DNA of 64,000 nt from Amphiscolops sp. MND2022 (Eukaryota), in contig OZ076409.1 of NCBI GenBank assembly GCA_964187785.1, positions 63,614,001 to 63,678,000 of the forward strand, read 5' to 3'. The notes under the pieces are model-generated. The model searched no databases and was not told the DNA's origin. It saw only the letters and a program-made list of their open reading frames with translations. Numbering within the stretch: position 1 is the first letter of the stretch; each line of letters begins with the position of its first letter. Shown in pieces: positions 14,001 to 27,752 of the stretch. The position numbers and the translations under genes were made by a program.

Positions 14001-15680
14001 GCAATTGGAAGCCGGTGGGTTTTTAAAATTAAGCGACACGACGACGGAACTATTGAAAAATTCAAGGCTCGTTTCGTAGCCCAAAAGTTTTCGCAAGTTT
14101 TTGGGAACGATTACGATGAAACTTTTGCTCCTACTGCCAAAATATGTACCTTGAGGTTTTGTTTTGCGCTCGCTGCTTCTTGGTTGACTTTTGTTTTTCA
14201 GTTAAACGTCCGTTCAGCCTTCCTCAATGCGAACTTGAGTGATGAAATTTATATAGAACAACCAGAAGGCTTTGCGCAAGCGGGGGCTAATGGTGAAACA
14301 CTTTATTGCAAGCTTCAAAAATGCCTTTATGGTTTAAAGCAAGCAGGGAGGGAATGGAACAAAACTTTAACCCAGTGGTTTTTGAAGAACGAACTTGTAC
14401 AGTCTGCCGAGGATCATTGTCTTTTTCGTTGCGATGGGACTAATGGTTCCCAACTTTTTGTACTAGTTTGGGTCGACGACATTTTGTACTTTTCAAACAA
14501 CGACAAAATGCTGCATGATTTCAAGGCGGAACTCAGCGATGCATTAAGCATCGATGATCGTGGGAAAATGACTTGGTGTTTGGGATGCAATGTTGAACAG
14601 TCACGCGGTCGCATTTCTCTTAGTCAGCGGTCATATATAAAGGACATTTTGCGCAAAAGTCATATGTCTGATTGTAAACCAGTCAGTACTCCAGCTATTC
14701 CCCATACGAAACAGTCAAAGTCGGACTGCCCTATCGAAGGTAGTGAAAATTCACTTGATATTTGCGAACAGAAACAATATCGTAGCTTAGTTGGAAACTT
14801 AATGTATTTGTCCGTTGTTAGTCGCCCCGATATTTGCTTTGCTGTCTATAACTTAGCACAATTCGTGTCGAATCATGGTAAAGCCCATTGGTGTGCATTG
14901 AAACACCTTCTCCGTTTTCTCAAGGGCACCGAGTCTCTATCTCTTGTGTATAACCGCTCTGAAAATCTCGAAATTTTTGGTTTTTCGGATTCCGATTGGG
15001 CCACCGACAAGGACGATCGCAAGTCAACTTCGGGTTTTTGCTTCAAACTAAGTCGGTCTGGTAGTGTTGTCTCTTGGGCGTCCAAAAAGCAAGGGTGTGT
15101 GGCACTTAGCTCTTGTGAAGCCGAGTATGTTTCGTTGGCTTTGGCTGCACAGGAAGCAGTCTATTTGCAAGGCTTGCTCACATTCTTCTGCTTAATGACG
15201 GTGGACACGCCTGTTCTGTTGTGTGGTGACAATCAAGGGGCACTAGCACTGGCCAGCAACCCTGTCGCCCACAAACGTGCTAAACACATAGAAAACCGAC
15301 ACCACTTCATCCGTCAACTGGTTGAGGACAAACGCATTCAACTGTCTTATGTCTCCACAAAAAACAACTTGGCTGATATCTTCACCAAGAACCTACCCAA
15401 GCCTGCCTTCAATGAGCTCTCATCGCAACCCTTTGTCATTCAGCCACCCCGATCAACAACTTTACCCTTGCCTCCCTCACAACTCAATTATTTTACATTT
15501 CTCATTATTGTGTTTATGTTATCACTGGGACTATCACGACTTTCAGCTTCTCTTCAACTGATGGATAGAGCCCTCTCAACCGCTGCCTTGACACGACAGA
15601 TGGTCAAGCACAGTGGTTCGCCATCATCAAACAACAACCCTCGGAGTCTCTCATCGAGCGGGGGTGTTAGAGATCGATGA
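11089..15680 (+). pseudogene. Copia-1 gag-pol polyprotein, disrupted
   Basis: Starts MDRPLQYLQFSGKEEDFTVWQERFE and is interrupted by a MITE at 11164. It continues through ORFs 11355-11933, 11896-13836 (CCHC knuckles, protease, WHHRLGH, integrase) and 13791-15680 (LYGLKQA, WVDD, RNase H SDSDWA...ADIFTK). Two frameshifts; the RT QLDV motif reads QLNV. Confidence 0.9.
11164..11513. mobile_element. 350-bp MITE family A, copy 1 (Mutator-like, 9-bp TSD)
   Basis: TIRs gggtgggcggaaataggtcga / tcgatctatttacagccaccc, TSD cgattcgag. Same-length copies at 46325 and 47579. Confidence 0.85.
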
Positions 15681-16049
15681 AGGTCAAAGGACCATTAAAG
15701 GTCAACCATCTCAGACTATACCAGACTGAACTAATTTAGTATATTATTGTTGTTTGTAAACATGTACCTGTTATTTTATCTTCACTTGACTGAATCACTT
15801 TATCAACCAACAACACAAAATAAAGTATTGACAATAACCACTCTTCACCAACCTTCCGACAACCCAGCTACGACCAGAAGGAGCCCAGGCCCTAATACGG
15901 GTCAAGCAAACTGGAAAAACAGGCTACACCAATCTCATGAGTCACCTGAAGAATGTCCATAAAGAAACTTGGGAGGGCGACTATAGGAACTCAAAATCGA
16001 AAGAACAGGCCACTATTTCATTTCCAAATGAATGAATGAAAAATGAATT

Positions 16050-16830
16050 AACGTCAAATTTATGACAGATACAATCTAACATTTAATGAAATGAAATAGA
16101 TAACAAAGAAGCAAGAAAATTTTGTTCAATTCAGTAGGTTATAGGTCTTGAGGGTTTTCATTACAGTACAATTGATTCTCAAACATTAACTCGCCTTTAG
16201 TTTTAGGTTCCGGGACAGGTGTTATTTCAGAGAAAAGCATAAACTTCACTCAATCAAAACAGCTCGTGTCAGGTAGTTTCGGACAGATACAAATATGATA
16301 ATTATCTAGGATATTTGCGGCACATAGAACACATCTACAGAATCGATTTGTCTCGTCTGTCGTAAAACAGCCAATAATAAAGCACAATCTATGATGGCAG
16401 CCATTACTATAGAAGGTTGCAATAGCTTTTCTGCTGTTTTTGCTCTTAACTTAGGCACTATTCAGATCTGCGTACAAAATTCTGTTAATTAGAGGAACAG
16501 TGGGGAGTCTTCCTGGCACTCCCGGCCATTTCTTGAAGAAGATACTGTGGACGGTTTTCGTGTGCTGTTTCCAAAGCTCGGGGGTCGAAATGTTCTCAAA
16601 AATTTTGATTCCATAGGTTGAGGCTGGAGTGACTACAGCATTGAAAAGCCCAAGTGCAGATTGAAGGGATATTTTTCCCAGGTTCATCTTTAAGGCAAGT
16701 GTATTCGTTGCTATTAGGGCTTTATTCTTCAAGTGCTTCAGATGTTTAGTTGCTTTGATGTGATAGGGTAAATTTACACTTATCACCCACTACACTCTTA
16801 GTCGAGTCAAACACAGCATTAGATTCGCTT
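16050..16830 (-). mobile_element. Non-LTR retrotransposon 3' fragment
   Basis: ORF 16451-16786 (HLKHLKNKA...LFNAVVTPASTYG) resembles the post-RT region of LINEs. Boundaries are approximate. Confidence 0.5.
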
Positions 16831-18200
16831 CTGAAAGCGTCTGAAGCCATCGAACAGGTCACGAATTGGTGCTTTCGAAATAGAATTATGATCAACGTCT
16901 CGAAAACTGTTTTTCTTCCCATCAACTTCTCCAAAGAGGAACTGGACCAAGCTCAAAGTTTCACCCACAAAGGCACGAAGGTAGTGAAAGAAAGATTGAC
17001 TGTCACGGGAATAGAAATTGGCGCTGTCAACGAAACCATCATGACCGCAACAAGAAAAGGCTGGGCTGAATGGGCCAAACTCAAGCAATTTTGTCAGATA
17101 ACAAACTGTTTGAATTGCAAAACAATCATTAAACTTTACAGGGGTGAACGGAAATGGGTCGAAAGAAATGGGTCGAATCGGCTTCCTGTGCCATGGGTCG
17201 AATCTTCACCTTTTCGGAATTGGGTCGAATGGACTTGAGTCGACCTTGAAAATTGCCAAGTTCAAGGGAGACAACATATTGATTTCGACCCAAGTCCATT
17301 CGACCCAATTCGACCTCAGTCAATTCGACCTAAGTTATTCGACCAAAAGGGTCGACCTAATTCTTTTCGACCTATTTCATTCGACCCATTTCATGCAATC
17401 CACTTTACAGATGTGTTATTCAACCAAAAGTCTTTTACGGTCTTCCGGCCTGGAATACTGAAAACCTCAGTAAAATTAGCGATTTACAAAACACTGTTCT
17501 TCACACAGCCACCGGAGGCTACAGCAAACCGGCTGTCAGGAATCTGGAGCTGATGACAGGCGTCAAACCTGTAGACATCCAAGTTCAAATACTGACAATC
17601 AAATTCTTATCGAAAGTTCTCAGTACAAATGACTTCATGAAAAAATACATTCTTGAAAATGCTGACACAAACCCCAAGTTAAACGCGACCTAAAGATGCT
17701 TTAATGTTTTTTGGCATAGAAATTCAACTCAAGAACGAATAGAAACATTGACATAAATGATTTGACAGCCTACACCCTTACATACAACCAAGCTGAAATC
17801 AAAAAATACGAATTAGGATTTTGGCAGAGACACTGGACCCAACAATGTGAGACCCCGCCAGTTCCACTCAACCACAAAATTCAAATGCAGTACAGATTTT
17901 CCCGGAAAGACGAAGTAGACACCTTCAGACTGATATCAGGCCACTGCAAATTAAACGATTTTCTCTACAAAATTTGGAAAGCACCATCTCCAAGATGCTC
18001 CTGTGGTTTTAACGAAGAAACAGTGGAACATTTCTTACTCTTCTGCAATATGTTCGATGAGCCTAGAGAAAAATGGCAAATTCGAGGCTCCCTGTCGGAA
18101 GCTCTCCAAAACAAGAACTTGACTGACTTTATCAAAGAAACAGAACGCTTTAATTGACTTCATGAGAACTTGTGTCATTTCATCTTGTTTGAATAACTAA
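16830..18200 (+). mobile_element. Degenerate LINE 3' portion with C-terminal CCHC zinc knuckle
   Basis: INVSKT post-RT block and LISGHCKLNDFLYKI...CSCGFNEETVEHFLLFC. Interrupted by a MITE at 17142. Confidence 0.7.
17142..17401. mobile_element. 260-bp MITE related to family A (9-bp TSD)
   Basis: TSD actttacag on both sides. Ends gggtgaacggaaatgggtcgaa / ttcgacccatttcatgcaatcc, with many ggtcga/tcgacc subterminal repeats. Confidence 0.8.
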
Positions 18201-18216
18201 GATTGTTAACTGCTCG

Positions 18217-18416
18217 NNNNNNNNNNNNNNNNNNNNNNNNNNNNNNNNNNNNNNNNNNNNNNNNNNNNNNNNNNNNNNNNNNNNNNNNNNNNNNNNNNNN
18301 NNNNNNNNNNNNNNNNNNNNNNNNNNNNNNNNNNNNNNNNNNNNNNNNNNNNNNNNNNNNNNNNNNNNNNNNNNNNNNNNNNNNNNNNNNNNNNNNNNNN
18401 NNNNNNNNNNNNNNNN
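18217..18416. other. Assembly gap (200 N)
   Basis: Run of 200 N; the round number suggests a scaffolding gap of unknown true size. Confidence 0.99.
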
Positions 18417-21400
18417 TGTTCGTGAACAAAGTCGTCGCTGTGGATTCTCCAAGTGTGTCCAGAATCCCCCGCAAATGCACGGCTTCCTTTACGGCTCCGC
18501 TCAAGGCATCGAGTTCTTCCTCGGTGGTTGAAGTCGCTACACACGTTTGTCGTCTAGCAGCCCATGATTTTGCGCCACTACCCACGTTGAAGCAGAAACC
18601 AGTGATGCTTCGTCTATCGTCCTTTCAGCTGGCATAGTCTGAATCCGTGTACTTATTTAGGCCTGTATCATAGCACTTCATGAAAATAACGCCCAGGCCA
18701 GCTGGGCCTCTGAGGTAGTGTAACACGTGCTTCGCTGCTTGCCAGTGAGCAAATCCAGGGTTGCTAAGAAACCGAGAACGAGAAAGTAGGTGGGCCGGGA
18801 ATGCCAGGTCAGGTCGAAAGGACATTGAGAAGTAAGCAGTGCTACCCACTAGGCCTCTGTAGTCATGTCTCAACATTTGCTGTTGCTCATCTGATCCGTC
18901 TTCTATCATCTGATCGTTCGTCAGCTCCAGCTTGTCTGCGAGTGGTGTTGAAGCTGCCCTGCACTCGCTCATACCGTGTTTGCGAAGTAGGTTGCTCACA
19001 TACCCCTGATGCTTCATTGTCAGCGAACTGTCACCGCATTTGAAGGAAATTCCCAGGAACCACCTCAGAGGATCGCTTTCGTCAATGTTGAGCAGCTCAC
19101 CCATCTTGTCATTGAACCACGTGGTATATTGACTGTCAGTTGACCCGTAAAGAATATCATCCACGCAGATCACTATCCAGCACTTGTGACCACTCCTCTT
19201 CACAGTCAGTAAGCAAGGGTCGTGAACTGATGCCTCGAAGTTGAGCTCAAACAGATGAGAAGAGAGACACTCAAACCAGTTGCGTCCCGATTGCTTCAGA
19301 CCATAAAGTGACCGCTTAAGCTTGCACACCATCTGTTTGCCGTTTTGGTACCCCTCTGGCTACTCCATGTAGATGTCTTCTTGAATTGGTGCGTTCAGGT
19401 ATGCTGTCTTTATGTCCATCTGATTGAAATGCATACCCAGCTCCACCCCACATGCCAAGACAGGTCTGAGTGTAGACAGCTTCGCCGTTGGCGAGTAGGT
19501 GTCGTGAAAATCAATGCATGGCGTCTGAGTGAACCCCCTGCCACGAATCGCCCCTTGTACTTCACCACGTTTCCTTCGTCATCTAGTTTATGAGCAAAAT
19601 GCCACTTTCCGCTGATGAAGCCTTGTTCTGATGGTGGCTTGACTAGTTCCCAGACACCATTTTCATCTAGTGAATTGAACTCTCTGTCTATCGCTGCTTT
19701 CCAGTTCGGATCCGCCAGAGCGTCTTCTGTATTGCTTGGGAGGCCGCTTGGAATCAAAGCATCACAGTGAAGTGCCAGGTTCTCCAATTCTCTCCCTGTC
19801 ACATAGTAACCGAAGTTTTGAGGCGCTCTTCGAGTCCTTCCTGAACATCTGGTTGTCGTCTGCTGCACTGCTGTTGTACTGTCTGTAACGTTGGGTGTCC
19901 CTTCATCTGGATTGATGTCATCTTCTGATGCGCCCGGGGTGCATGGGTTTTCGTAGATTGGGCCTCGCATTGTTCATCTAACCCCGATTTCAGATCATCA
20001 ACTTCCGATTGAGATGCATCATCGTCCTCGCTCTCTCCTTGGGTGACTGCAGAACCACGTTGGTAAGGATATGCATCGACGTTTTGTGATACCCAGACGT
20101 TTGGTGCTCTTGTCTTTGACCCGTCTGTCGAGGCTACCACATATGCCTTAGAGTTTCCCGAGTATCCCAGTAAAATAGCTTCCCGTGCCTTGCTGTCCAG
20201 CTTCTTACTGACTTCGTTGAGCACAAACGACTGGCACCCAAACACGTGAAGATGTGAGAGGTCAGGCTTGCTTCCGTGAAACACCCCAAAAGGGATCATG
20301 CCATGCGCCGAGTGGATTGATCAATTGTTCAAGTAGATGGCAGTTGAAAGAGCAAAAGGCCGGAACAGCTTTGGGACCCCTGCAGTTGCCATCATGCATC
20401 GCGTCATGCCAGTCACAGTGCCCCATGCTCGCTCAATTTTCCGTTTTTTTTGGGTATGGAGGGAGCAAAAACTCCTGTTTGATGCCATTCGATGTGAAAA
20501 AGTCATTGAACTGCTTTGACTTCAACTCGAGAGCCCCGTCTGAGACCAAGGTGCCAGGCCTGCCAACATCGATGATGAATCGTTGTAACTTTGCGGTGTC
20601 CTCATCCTTTAACTTCATTGGGTATACTCTCCAGAAACGGCTGCAACTGTCGATGAAGCCCACTGCATTGCGAAAATTCTCGTGGGACTCCTGCTGAATG
20701 GGTCCGAGCACGTCTGTGTGAACGATAGTCTGTTTCGATTTTGCTCGAGTACCCCACGTCTTCGGAATTGATGCCCGCTTCGCCTTTTCGGTGCAGCAGA
20801 TTTTTCAGTTCGTCTTCTTTTCGGAGCCAGAGATGTTCATGCCCACGACCTCGTGCTGCAACTTTGCCACATGGTGCCAGTTGTTGTGCCCCATCACTGG
20901 ATGCCAGTGCTTGATAGAGTGAGACATCATTGCCAGTGACCCCGTCTCCACAGGTTGAGCCATCATTCTGAAAAGTTCATAGTTTGTCATCATTGGCACA
21001 ACAGTTCCATTGGGCATCTTGATGGTTGGGACGTCATTGAACTGGATCATTGTCCCCTTGTCCGTCAATCGCTTGACCAGATTCCTCGCGTAGGATGGCA
21101 CCCTCTGTTCCAGTAGAAAAGAACAGCCCGTATTGTCCTTCACGAAGCATCGCACTGTCCCGCGTCCTTTGATCTCTCCTCGACTGCTGTTAGCGTTGCA
21201 TACGTCTGCCAGAAAACCCTTGTCCAAATCAGAGAAGAGCTCTTTGTTCTTGTTCATGAAGCCGTTGCACCCAGAGTCAATGAGAAGCTCAATGCTCCCC
21301 TTGTCGTAGCAACCAACCCTGAAAGCCCCGAAGCTGAAGAAGTCCGCTGATGAATGGTTGCTGGATTGACCCGAGCCACGTCCTCCACCTTTGCTGTCCC

Positions 21401-22451
21401 TTCCTGCAAGTCGAAGGCTGTCATCATTGTCTAGCTGGAAACACAGAGACCCCTGGTTGCTGCGAAGTTGACCAAAACCTGCTTCATCTCGTAGTACCCC
21501 TTCTCTGTGCCGAAGTTGACGACTGCCACCACACTGTCGAAGTCACTTGGAAGACCCTTGAGAATCATCGCTGTGAAGAGAGCAACTGAGACCACTTCCC
21601 CCGCTTCAGCCAGATCCAGCTTGAGCCCTTCTGCTTTGGTGAGGTAGTCAGTCACCTTCTCCCGTGATGTCATCTTGAGACCAGTGAGCTGTGTAATCAG
21701 TGATTGAACACGAGGCTGTTCAGTTGATTTGTGGAGCTTCGTCAAATCTGTTCAGGCTTCAGTCCCATTCGGCTTGTGCCCTCTGATGTAGTTTTTGCTT
21801 GCCGTGTCAAGGAACTGAGCCAGCTCGCACCACACCCTGTTCTGTAGTTTGGCTCGATCTGCTTCTCCCCCTCTCGCTTGACACGTTCGTCATTCGTCTC
21901 CACATTTTTTGGTTGTAGTTTTGATTCTGTCCAGAAGGCAGTCAGAAAGTCCCAGGGCATAGACTCTTGCTTCGAAATGCTTCAGAAAAGTGGGGGAAGT
22001 CATCCTCTCGTCCTTTAAACAGCAGCTTCTCTTGTCGAGAGTGTCGTGGTGCAGCCATCGTGATCTGCGCTGGTGAGGCTGTGATCAGCTAAGTAGATGG
22101 CGTCGTCTAGGAAGCTGCTGGGCCCAAAACCTTCCGAAACAGATTGGGTAGGAATGAAGAACTGAATTGAGATTGATTAGTTATGATCAGACTTGGTTTA
22201 AGTATTTACAATTGCAATTGATGGTAGAAGTGGTTCAGCATCGGATAAATATAGCACCGCGACAGGTACCTGTCAGTCAACAAAAAATGTGCGGTATCAA
22301 GAGTTGTCTGTTGTATCGCACAAACAGGTACATGAATGTGCGGCATCAAAAGTTGTGTTAGCGATGTCATCTGGCAGGTACTTTAACCTTAGGGGTCGTG
22401 GCTCACCATTCGATCATTCCCGCCTTGCGAGGCGGATGGTGAACCTTGACA
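18417..22451 (-). mobile_element. Ty1/copia element Copia-2, copy A (degenerate; 3' end lost in the gap)
   Basis: 5' LTR at 22132-22451 with PBS (rc) ggttttgggcccag. Fragmented gag, PR, IN (GFIDSCSR), RT (LYGLKQSGRNW) and RH ORFs. Confidence 0.9.
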
Positions 22452-22456
22452 TGTAA

Positions 22457-23109
22457 TAAATTGAAAAAAAAACAGGAACAGCAATCAGTTTAATTCAAAC
22501 AACGAATCACTTCAGAAATGCATTCACTTGTTAACAATTTTAGACACAGTTTCGATAGTCCACAATTTATTAATGGCTTTGAGGAAAAACTGCTGCTCAA
22601 GATGTTCTGACAATGCCAAACCAGTTGTGCTGAAAAAATTTTCAAGCAATTCAGATGTCGGCAACAAAAACTCTAAATTATGGTACTTGCTTTCTATTGG
22701 GAATAGCTGAGGCAAAATCATCATCATTATCACACTGCTTTTCTGGTTCTTGTTGACCTTCAATCTCTTTTAGTCTCGCATAGGAAATTTTTTCGCAAAG
22801 TGCCTTGTTATTTTTTTGATACTCCAGTGTTTTTACTACCCGTTTCGAAATGCCTACTTTTGACTACACGAGCATTCGAACCAAAGTACTTGTTTCCTTG
22901 ATCAAGATCTTTAAAGTTACGGCATGTTTCATCAAATAAAGTTCTAACTGACGACAAATCAATATTTTCCCTCTGTAGGGCCTTAGTCAAATAATTGCCA
23001 ATAATTGGAAAATTAGCAATCAAAAATTGGACGGAGAACAATTAGCAATCAGTAATAGTTCGCCAATCATTGCCATGATTTTTTTTCAATTATTGATTGA
23101 ACATCCCTG
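22457..23109 (-). mobile_element. Internally deleted hAT fragment
   Basis: LLPTSELLENFFSTTG...LEQQFFLK dimerisation block and TKALQRENIDLSSVRTLFD. Ends in catccctg, like the 8417-9353 element. Confidence 0.65.
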
Positions 23110-23193
23110 TGAGGAAGGATGTAAAGGAGCTGAGAGGTTGACATTTTGATAGATACTTTGTTCTACCTTAATTAGCTAAACCATAAACCTCTG

Positions 23194-26100
23194 TTTTGAA
23201 ACAGGTTGGGTAGGATAGAAGAACTGAATTGAGATTGAATAGTTCTGATCAGACTCGATTCATGTATTTACAATTGCAATTGATGGTAGAAGTGTTTCAG
23301 CATCTGGTGTATATAGCACCGCGACAGGTACCTGTCAGTCAACAAAATGTGCGACACAAAATGAAATGTCTGTTGTATCGCACAAACAGGTACATGAATG
23401 TGCGGCAAGAAAAGTTGTGTGTGCGATGTCATCTGGCAGGTACTTGAATTTTAGGGGTCGTGGCTCACAATTCTATCATTCCTGCCTTGCGAGGCGGAAG
23501 GCAATCCTTGACATCCCCGCATTGCCGACAGCCGAGCAAGGTTTTGTTGCGTCTTCGTCTTACCCAGCCCCTTCGTGAAAATGTCGGCGCAACTGTCACC
23601 ACTGGCAGTGAACTTCAGATTAATCGAATGATACATCACTGTCTCCCGCACATAAGCCATCCGAGTTGCAAAGTGTTTGGTCTTTGCGCTGTTGTCAACT
23701 CTGGTTGCTAATGCTAGGCACGATTGACTGTCCGTGAGCAAAGTCGTCGCTATGGATTCTCCAAGAGTGTCCAGAATCCCCCGCCAATGCGCCGTTGCCT
23801 TTACAGCTTCGCTCAAGGCATGAAGTTCTGTCTCAGTGGTTGAAGTCGCTACACACGTTTGTTGTCTAGCAGCCCACGATATTGCCCCCCTATCCACGTT
23901 GAAGCAGAAACCAGTGATGCTTCGCCTATCGTCCTGGCAGCTGGCACAGTCTGAATCCGTGTACCCATTTAGGCCTGTATCATCATGAAAGTGATGCCCA
24001 CGTCAGCTAAGCCTCTGAGGTAGCGTAACACGTGCTTCGCTGCTTGTCAGTGAGCAAATCTAGGGTTGCTAAGAAATCGAGAAAGTATGTGGCTTGGAAA
24101 TGCCAGGTCAGGTCGAGTGGACAGTGAGAGGTAAGCTATGCTACCCAATAGGCCTCTGTAGTCATGTCTCAACAAATGCTGTTGCTCATCCGATCCGTCT
24201 TCTGGCATCCGATCCTTCGTCAGCTCCAGCTTGTCTCTGAATGGTGTTGAAGGTGCATTGCACTCGTCCATACCGTTTTTGCGAAATAGGTTGCTCACAT
24301 ACCCCTGATGCTTCATTGTCAGCGAACCGTCACTTGAAAGAATATCCCAAGAAGCACGTCAGAGGACCGCTTTCGCCAATGTTGAACGGCTCACTCATCT
24401 TGTCAGTTGACCCGTAAAGAACATCATCCACCCAGATCACTATCCAGCACTTGTGACCACTTCTCTTCACAGTCAGTAAGCAAGGGTCGTGAACTGATGC
24501 CTTGAAGTTGAGCTCAAACTGATGAGAAGAGAGACAATCAAACCAATTGCGCCCCGATTGCTTTAGTCCGTAAAGTGAGCGCTTAAGCTTGCACATCATC
24601 TGTTTCCACTTTTGGTTACCCTCTGGCTGCTCTATGCAGATGTCTTTTCAAATTTGTGTATTCAGGAATGCTGTCTTTATCTCCATCTGATTGAAATGCA
24701 TACCCAGCTCCACTCCACATGCCAGGACAGTTCTGAGTGTAGACAGCTTCGCAGATGGTGAGTAGGTGTCGTGAAAATCAATGCCTGGAATCTGAGTGGA
24801 ATCCCGTGCCATGAATCGTGCCTTGTACTTTACATCGTTTTCTTCGTCATCTAGTTTGTGAGCAAAATGCCACTTTCCTCTGATGATGCCTTGTCATGAT
24901 GGTGGCTTGAATAGCTCCGAGACACCATTTTCTTCCAGTGTTTTGAACTTTCTGTCCATCTCTGCTTTCCAGTTCGGATCCGCCAGGGCGTCTGCTGTAT
25001 TGCTTGGGAGGCCGCTTGAAATCAAAGCATCACAGTGAAGTGCCAGGTTCTCCAATTCTCTCCCTGTCACATAGCCGCCGATGTGTTGAGGCGCCTTTCG
25101 CGTCCTTCCCGAACATCTGGTTGTCGTCTGCTGCACTGCTGTTGTACTGTCTGTAAAATTGGGTAACCTTTCGTCTGGGTTGATGTTGTCGTCTGATTCG
25201 CCCTGGATTGCATGGGTTTTCGTAGACATGGCGGAGCATTACTCATCTAACCCGATTTCAGATCATCAACATCCGATTGAAATGCATCATCGTCCTCGCT
25301 CTTCTCTTGTGTGACTGCAGAGCCACGTTGGTAAAGAAATGCATCGTCGTTGATGTTGAGGTTGCGTGATACCCAGACCTTTGGTGCCTTTGTCTCTGAT
25401 CCGTCTGTTGAGGCCAACACATATGCCGTAGACTTTCCCGAGTAACCCAGTAGAATAGCTTCCCGTGCCTTGCTGTCCAGCTTCTTCCTGACTTTGTTCA
25501 GCACAAACGACTGGCACCCAATAACGTGAAGATGTGAAAGGTCAGGCACGCTTCCGGTAAACATCACAAAAAGGGCCTTCCCTTGCGCCAATTGGATTGA
25601 TCGATACTTCAGCTAGATGGCAAATGAAGGAGCAAAAGACTAGAACTGCTTTAGGACACCTGCAGTTGTCATCGTGCATCGCGTCATGCCAGTCACAGTG
25701 CCCCATGCTTGCTCAATTTTCCGTTTTCTTCGGGTACGTAGGGAGTAGAGAACTCCTGTTTGATGCCATTCGTTGTGCACAAGTCATTGAACTGCTTTGA
25801 CTTCAACTCGAGAGCCCCGTCTGAGACCAAGGTGCCAGGCCTGCCAACTTCGATGATGAATCGTTGTAACTTTGCGGTGTCCTCATCCTTTGACTTCATT
25901 GGGTATACTCCCCAGAAACGGCTGTAACTGTCGATGAAGCCCACTGCATAGCGAAAACCCTCGTGGGACTCCTGTTGAATGGGTTCGAGCACGTCTGTGT
26001 GAACGATAGCCTGTTTTGATTTTGCTCGAGTACCCCACGTCTTCGGAATTGATGCCCGCTTCGCCTTCTCGGTGCAGCAGATGTTTCAATTCGTCTTCTT

Positions 26101-27752
26101 TTCGGAGCCAGAGATGTTCATGCCCACGACCTCGTGCTGCAACTTTGCCACATGGTGCCAGTTGTTGTGCCCCATCACTCGATTCCAGTGCTTGATAGAG
26201 TGAGACATCATTGCCAGTGACCCCGTCTCCACAGGTTGAGCCATCATACTGAAAAGTTTGTTGTTTGTCTTCATTGGCACAACAGTTCCATTGGGCATGT
26301 TGATGGTTGGGTCGTCATTGAACTGGATCATTGCCCCCTTGTCCGTCAATCGCTTGACCGACACCAGATTCCTCACTTAGGATAGCACCCAGAAGGCATC
26401 CCTCAGGTTCAGTAGACAAGACCGGTCCGTATTGTCCTTCACAAAGCATCGCACTGACCCGCGTCCTCTGATTTCTCACCGACTGCTGTTAGCGTTGCAT
26501 ACGTCTGCCAGAAAACCCTTGTCCAAATCAGAGAAGAGCTCTTTGTTTTTGATCATGAAGCCGTCGCACCCAGAGTCAATGAGAAGCTGATTGCACCCTT
26601 GTCGTAGCATCCAGCCCTGAAGCCCGAAGCTAAAGAAGTCCGCTGATGAATGGTTGCTGGATTGACCCGAGCCACATCCTCCACCTGAGCTTCTTTGCTG
26701 TCCCTTCCTACAAGACGAAGGCTGTCATCGATGTCTAGCTGGAAAGACAGAGACCCCTGGTTGCTGCGAAGTTGACGAAGTCCTGCTTCATCTGGTAATA
26801 CCTCTTTGCTGTGCCGAAGTTGAGGACTGCCACCACACTGTTGAAATCACTTGGAAGACCCTTGAGGATCATCGCTGTGAAAAGAGCATCTGAGACCACT
26901 TCGCCCGCTTCAGCCAGATCCTGTTTGAGCCTTCCTGCTTTGGTGAGGTAATCAGTAATCTTTTCCCGTGATGTCCTCTTGAGACCAGTGAGCTGTGTCA
27001 TCAGTGGTTGAACACGAGGCCATTCAGTTGATTTGTGGAGCTTCGTCAAAGCTGTCCAGGCTGCAGTCCCATTGTGCTTGTGCCTCTGATGAAGTTGATG
27101 CTTGCCTTGTCAAGACACTGAACCAGCTCGCACCACACCATGTGCTGGAGCTTGGCTAGATCTTCTTCTTCCCCCTCTCGCTTGACACGTTCGTCATTCG
27201 TCTCCACATTTTTTGGTTGTAGTTTTGATTCTGTCCAGAAGGCAGTCAGAAAGTCCCAGGGCATAGACTCTTGCTTCGAAATGCTTCAGAAAAGTGGGGG
27301 AAGTCATCCTCTCGTCCTTTAAACAGCAGCTTCTCTTGTCGAGAGTGTCGTGGTGCAGCCATCGTGATCTGCGCTGGTGAGGCTGTGATCACATAAGTAG
27401 ATGGCGTCATCTGGGAAGCTGCTGGGTCCAAAACTTTTTGAAACAGGTTGCTAGAATGAAGAACTGAATTGAGATGGAATAGTTTTGATCAGACTTGGTT
27501 TAAATATTTACAATTGGAGTTGGTGGTAGAAGTGGTTCAGCATTGGGTATATGTTGCATCGCGACAGGTACTTGTCAGTCAACAAAAAAGCGCGGTGTCA
27601 AGAGTTGTCTGTTGTATCCCACAAACAGGTACATGAATGTGCGGCATCAAAAGTTGTGTGTGCGATGTCATCTGGCAGGTATTTGAACCTTAGGGGTCGT
27701 GGCTCAAAATTCTATCACTCCCGGCTTGCGAGGCGGATGGCAAACCTTGACA
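23194..27752 (-). mobile_element. Ty1/copia element Copia-2, copy B (complete boundaries, degenerate)
   Basis: LTRs at 23194-23513 and 27436-27752, visibly diverged. 5-bp TSD ctctg (23189-23193 and 27753-27757). PBS next to 27436 and PPT tccccgc at 23514. Frameshifted gag-pol with WVDD and ADIFTK. Confidence 0.92.

Larger units (their letters stand above)
10577..15897 (+). mobile_element. Full-length Ty1/copia LTR retrotransposon (Copia-1), young but disrupted
   Basis: 233-bp LTRs at 10577-10809 and 15665-15897 (3 differences). 5-bp TSD cgggt (10572-10576 and 15898-15902). PBS ggttatgggcccag at 10810 and PPT before 15665. Domain order gag-PR(DSGAS)-IN-RT-RH. Confidence 0.97.
10303..16030 (+). 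mobile_element. hAT transposon 5' part (BED zinc finger) interrupted by Copia-1
   Basis: Terminus cagggattggaaa at 10303 followed by ccata/tatgg subterminal repeats. Removing Copia-1 restores MDLQNKSVVELFTPVDDDIFKCLCNKRVKQTGKTGYTNLMSHLKNVH from the ATG at 10494. No right TIR found. Confidence 0.65.

Noticed and set aside
18175..18637. ORFs spanning the N run
   Set aside because: Artefacts of translating through the assembly gap.
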